Positions 61,744-64,000 of a DNA stretch of 64,000 nt are shown piece after piece. The notes beneath the pieces are model-generated. The model saw only the letters and a list, made by a program, of their open reading frames with translations. It did not search any database and was not told where the DNA came from. This stretch comes from Klebsormidium nitens. Its lineage: Eukaryota; Plantae; Klebsormidiophyceae. A program made the translations under genes and the position numbers. The stretch's first letter is position 1. The number at the start of each line of letters is the position of its first letter. Location of the stretch: assembly GCA_000708835.1 (NCBI GenBank), contig DF236968.1, positions 332,672-396,671 of the forward strand, given 5' to 3'.

Positions 61744-63709
61744 TCAATCGAATCCTGCTTTTTTGGAAAGCTCCAAATACCGGTTGTATGCATAATCTGC
61801 CAGTTCATCGTCATCAGATTCATCATCCTCGTAATCTGATTCTTCGTAAGGGCTCTCATCATCTTCTCCATCCTCGATCTGCTCTGCTAAGCCCCGCAGA
61901 ATAAAGTGCTCGCCGGAGCCATAACCATAGTGCTCTGTGATATCGCTCTTCTCAACAGCATATTTGATGTTTGCCCACTTGTCTGTGAGAGCCATCTTTT
62001 TCAAGGCTGCCTCCTTTTCGTCGTTCCACCAATCTAGAGAAGAGAGACATTGATTGGGGCTCTTTTGAGTCTTACAGGAAGAATATCAGCTTAGAAGAAA
62101 AATAACGGTAGGGCTGCAGCGAATTGTGGAAAAATCTTTTACCAAAATTGGCACATCAACCCCGCCATGGATGGATGTACTCTGGAGTGAAGAGGAAACA
62201 CAAGAGGTTGCCTTTGCAGTGTCCTTAATTGCAGCGCGACGCTAGTGCTTCACAGATGCCAAGTATGCCCAAGATCAGACTCGAAGCTTATGGCACTGCT
62301 AGTCATGGCGCCAAAGATGCCAATCCAACAGCCAAGTTGCTTCCCGAAGCTCATATGCCAGCTACCTGCATGGCCTTTGACGGACTTTCTAGGGCTCCCG
62401 CTAGAATGCCTTACTTGGGAACTGTGGTTAAAACCTCTTTTGCAAAGAGCGGGGTCCTGATTGAATTCATGATTTGACCTTAGTAAGCCTCTAAGAGAAT
62501 GCAGTCTCACTGTCGGCCCAGTTTCAGCCTTGTTACAATGTCACAAGCAAATCAATCCCCTTATTGACCTCCTTTCAGTTTTGCACCCTCACCTGGCATC
62601 AGATCCTTCCTTCTCGCTTTCCGCAAAAACCGTAAGAACGAGGGGAGGGGGTCCTCCCCTCCGTACAGCCCCGATGCATCCCCCCTCATCGTGTAGTCAT
62701 CTTCAATCCTCAGCCGATAGCTGTCGATGAAGCGCTTGTAAGCGCGCTTCTCGCTCAGGCCCTTGCACCAGCTTTTAGGCTCGTCGTTAGATTGGAGGAA
62801 TGGCGGCAAACCGCTAGAGGCAAAGGCGCCGGGAGGGGCAGCAAAAGTTGGGGCAGGGGGTGTCTTACCGACAACCCCTGCTTTGCAGGCCTGCAAAGAG
62901 GGAGAGCGGACGTGAGCAACCTATTGTTTGAGAAGATGATACAGGATGCTGTGGACGCTTTAGCAGTAGCTCACTATTACGCAAATGGGATTGTCAGAAT
63001 AAGGACGCCAGGCAAACGCGCTTCGATATCAGGCTGGTTATTACTTCAAGGAGGAGAAATTGAATATATGCAGTGGAGTCTTTGCAGACAGCCATGCTTC
63101 CAATGCGGTAGGTACTACTTGTGCCATTCATAAAACGGCCTTGGACAAATACACAATCTGCATTCTGGACTAGCTTCAACATGACACCTGCCGCGGGCAG
63201 TCCGTGAGGGCAACAACAAGCTCACAGGGAAATATGTTCTAGGAACAGGCCAGCATTAGTCTAAATAGATTCAGAAAGAGAAGGACAGCATTGAACACAG
63301 GGGGGGAAACTCATTCCTTGCAACTTCCTGAGTCTGTATCGAGCTTATACCAGCAGGTGCTTATGCAGCGCATTCTACATATAACTGCATCAAGTAAGTC
63401 CAAAAGTTCCAAATTGCTCACAAATGTCTCACTGACCTCCTTATGCCCCTTGTAGTCTTTCCGCTGGCAGTCCCTACCACAGTACCACACCGCAATGCCG
63501 TTCTCCTTGCACCGCCCACACTGCATTGTGGCCGCCTCGCCACACTCCTGATTTCTGCACAGATCGCGGCCATCTGCCTGGAGTTGATTCCGTGCCTCGA
63601 CCACATTGGCCAAGCGCATAAGCTTTTTCATGTGATCAGCGTCGGCATTGGTGGTTTCTACATAGCCCAGGTCTTGCAGCATGAGGTGGAAGGCCGCTCG
63701 GCTACCCAT
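61744..63709 (-). CDS. MYND zinc-finger protein with conserved C-terminal helical domain and acidic tail
   Basis: Exons 63437-63709 (start uncertain), 62593-62890 and 61744-62033. MYND pattern CRNQEC..CGRC..WYCGRDCQ..HKEAC, then IDSYRLRIEDDY..F..FL..A...LMPDWW..EK..W..I..AVEKSDITEHYG..LRGLAEQI. Confidence 0.85.
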
Positions 63710-64000
63710 GTTGCTAGCTTGCAAACGATGCAATATTGACGGTGCTTCCCCAAGTTATGCGTTTGCTGAGTCACCAATCACCCGTACTCTTGGGTCTGTC
63801 TTTGATTCCTTCTCTGGAACACGACCGAGTCGAAGGTCAGCTGACCATTGGAGGCAAGAAGCATTAGGTAGGTAGAACTCCTTGCAAAGCGTACCGGTAG
63901 CTGTTTCAATCATGGAAAAATTTCAGGGAAAGGCCTGATGACCAGGCTGCCCGGTGAGCCCTCTTCTTCTGCCTCCTCCCTCAATCAAGAAGCCTTGGCC

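Noticed and set aside
1-64000. tRNA, rRNA, snRNA or autonomous transposon/retroelement genes
   Set aside because: No cloverleaf/T-loop, rRNA signature, RT, integrase or transposase motif was recognised by eye. A covariance-model scan could still find small RNAs.

Overview
Intron-rich eukaryotic nuclear DNA of roughly balanced GC content, most consistent with a streptophyte green alga such as Klebsormidium (inferred from plant-type orthologues, a FAAR-type NIP and the intron style). Splicing the ORF fragments by hand gives 14 protein-coding genes in perfectly alternating orientation: an unknown 3' gene end (+), a GT17 glycosyltransferase (-), a NIP aquaporin (+), an Mpv17/PMP22 protein (-), organellar ribosomal L12 (+), a conserved plastid-targeted unknown (-), ALG12 (+), VLC enoyl-CoA reductase (-), a GFA/Mss4-like Zn protein (+), a QueC-like protein (-), PEX2 (+), FMN hydrolase/riboflavin kinase (-), a secreted conserved unknown with a permuted NlpC/P60 signature (+) and a MYND-domain protein (-). 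The most notable item is a 7-exon eukaryotic QueC-like (7-cyano-7-deazaguanine synthase family) gene. It is intact in every splice phase and catalytic motif except for one in-frame TAG at 42423-42425. Other observations are purine/pyrimidine-alternating islands in the tail-to-tail spacers, repeated decoy copies of splice junctions inside introns, a TA-flanked MITE and a possible OEP7-like small upstream ORF. No rRNA, tRNA or CRISPR features were recognised. Exon coordinates were derived by eye and may be off by a few bases.
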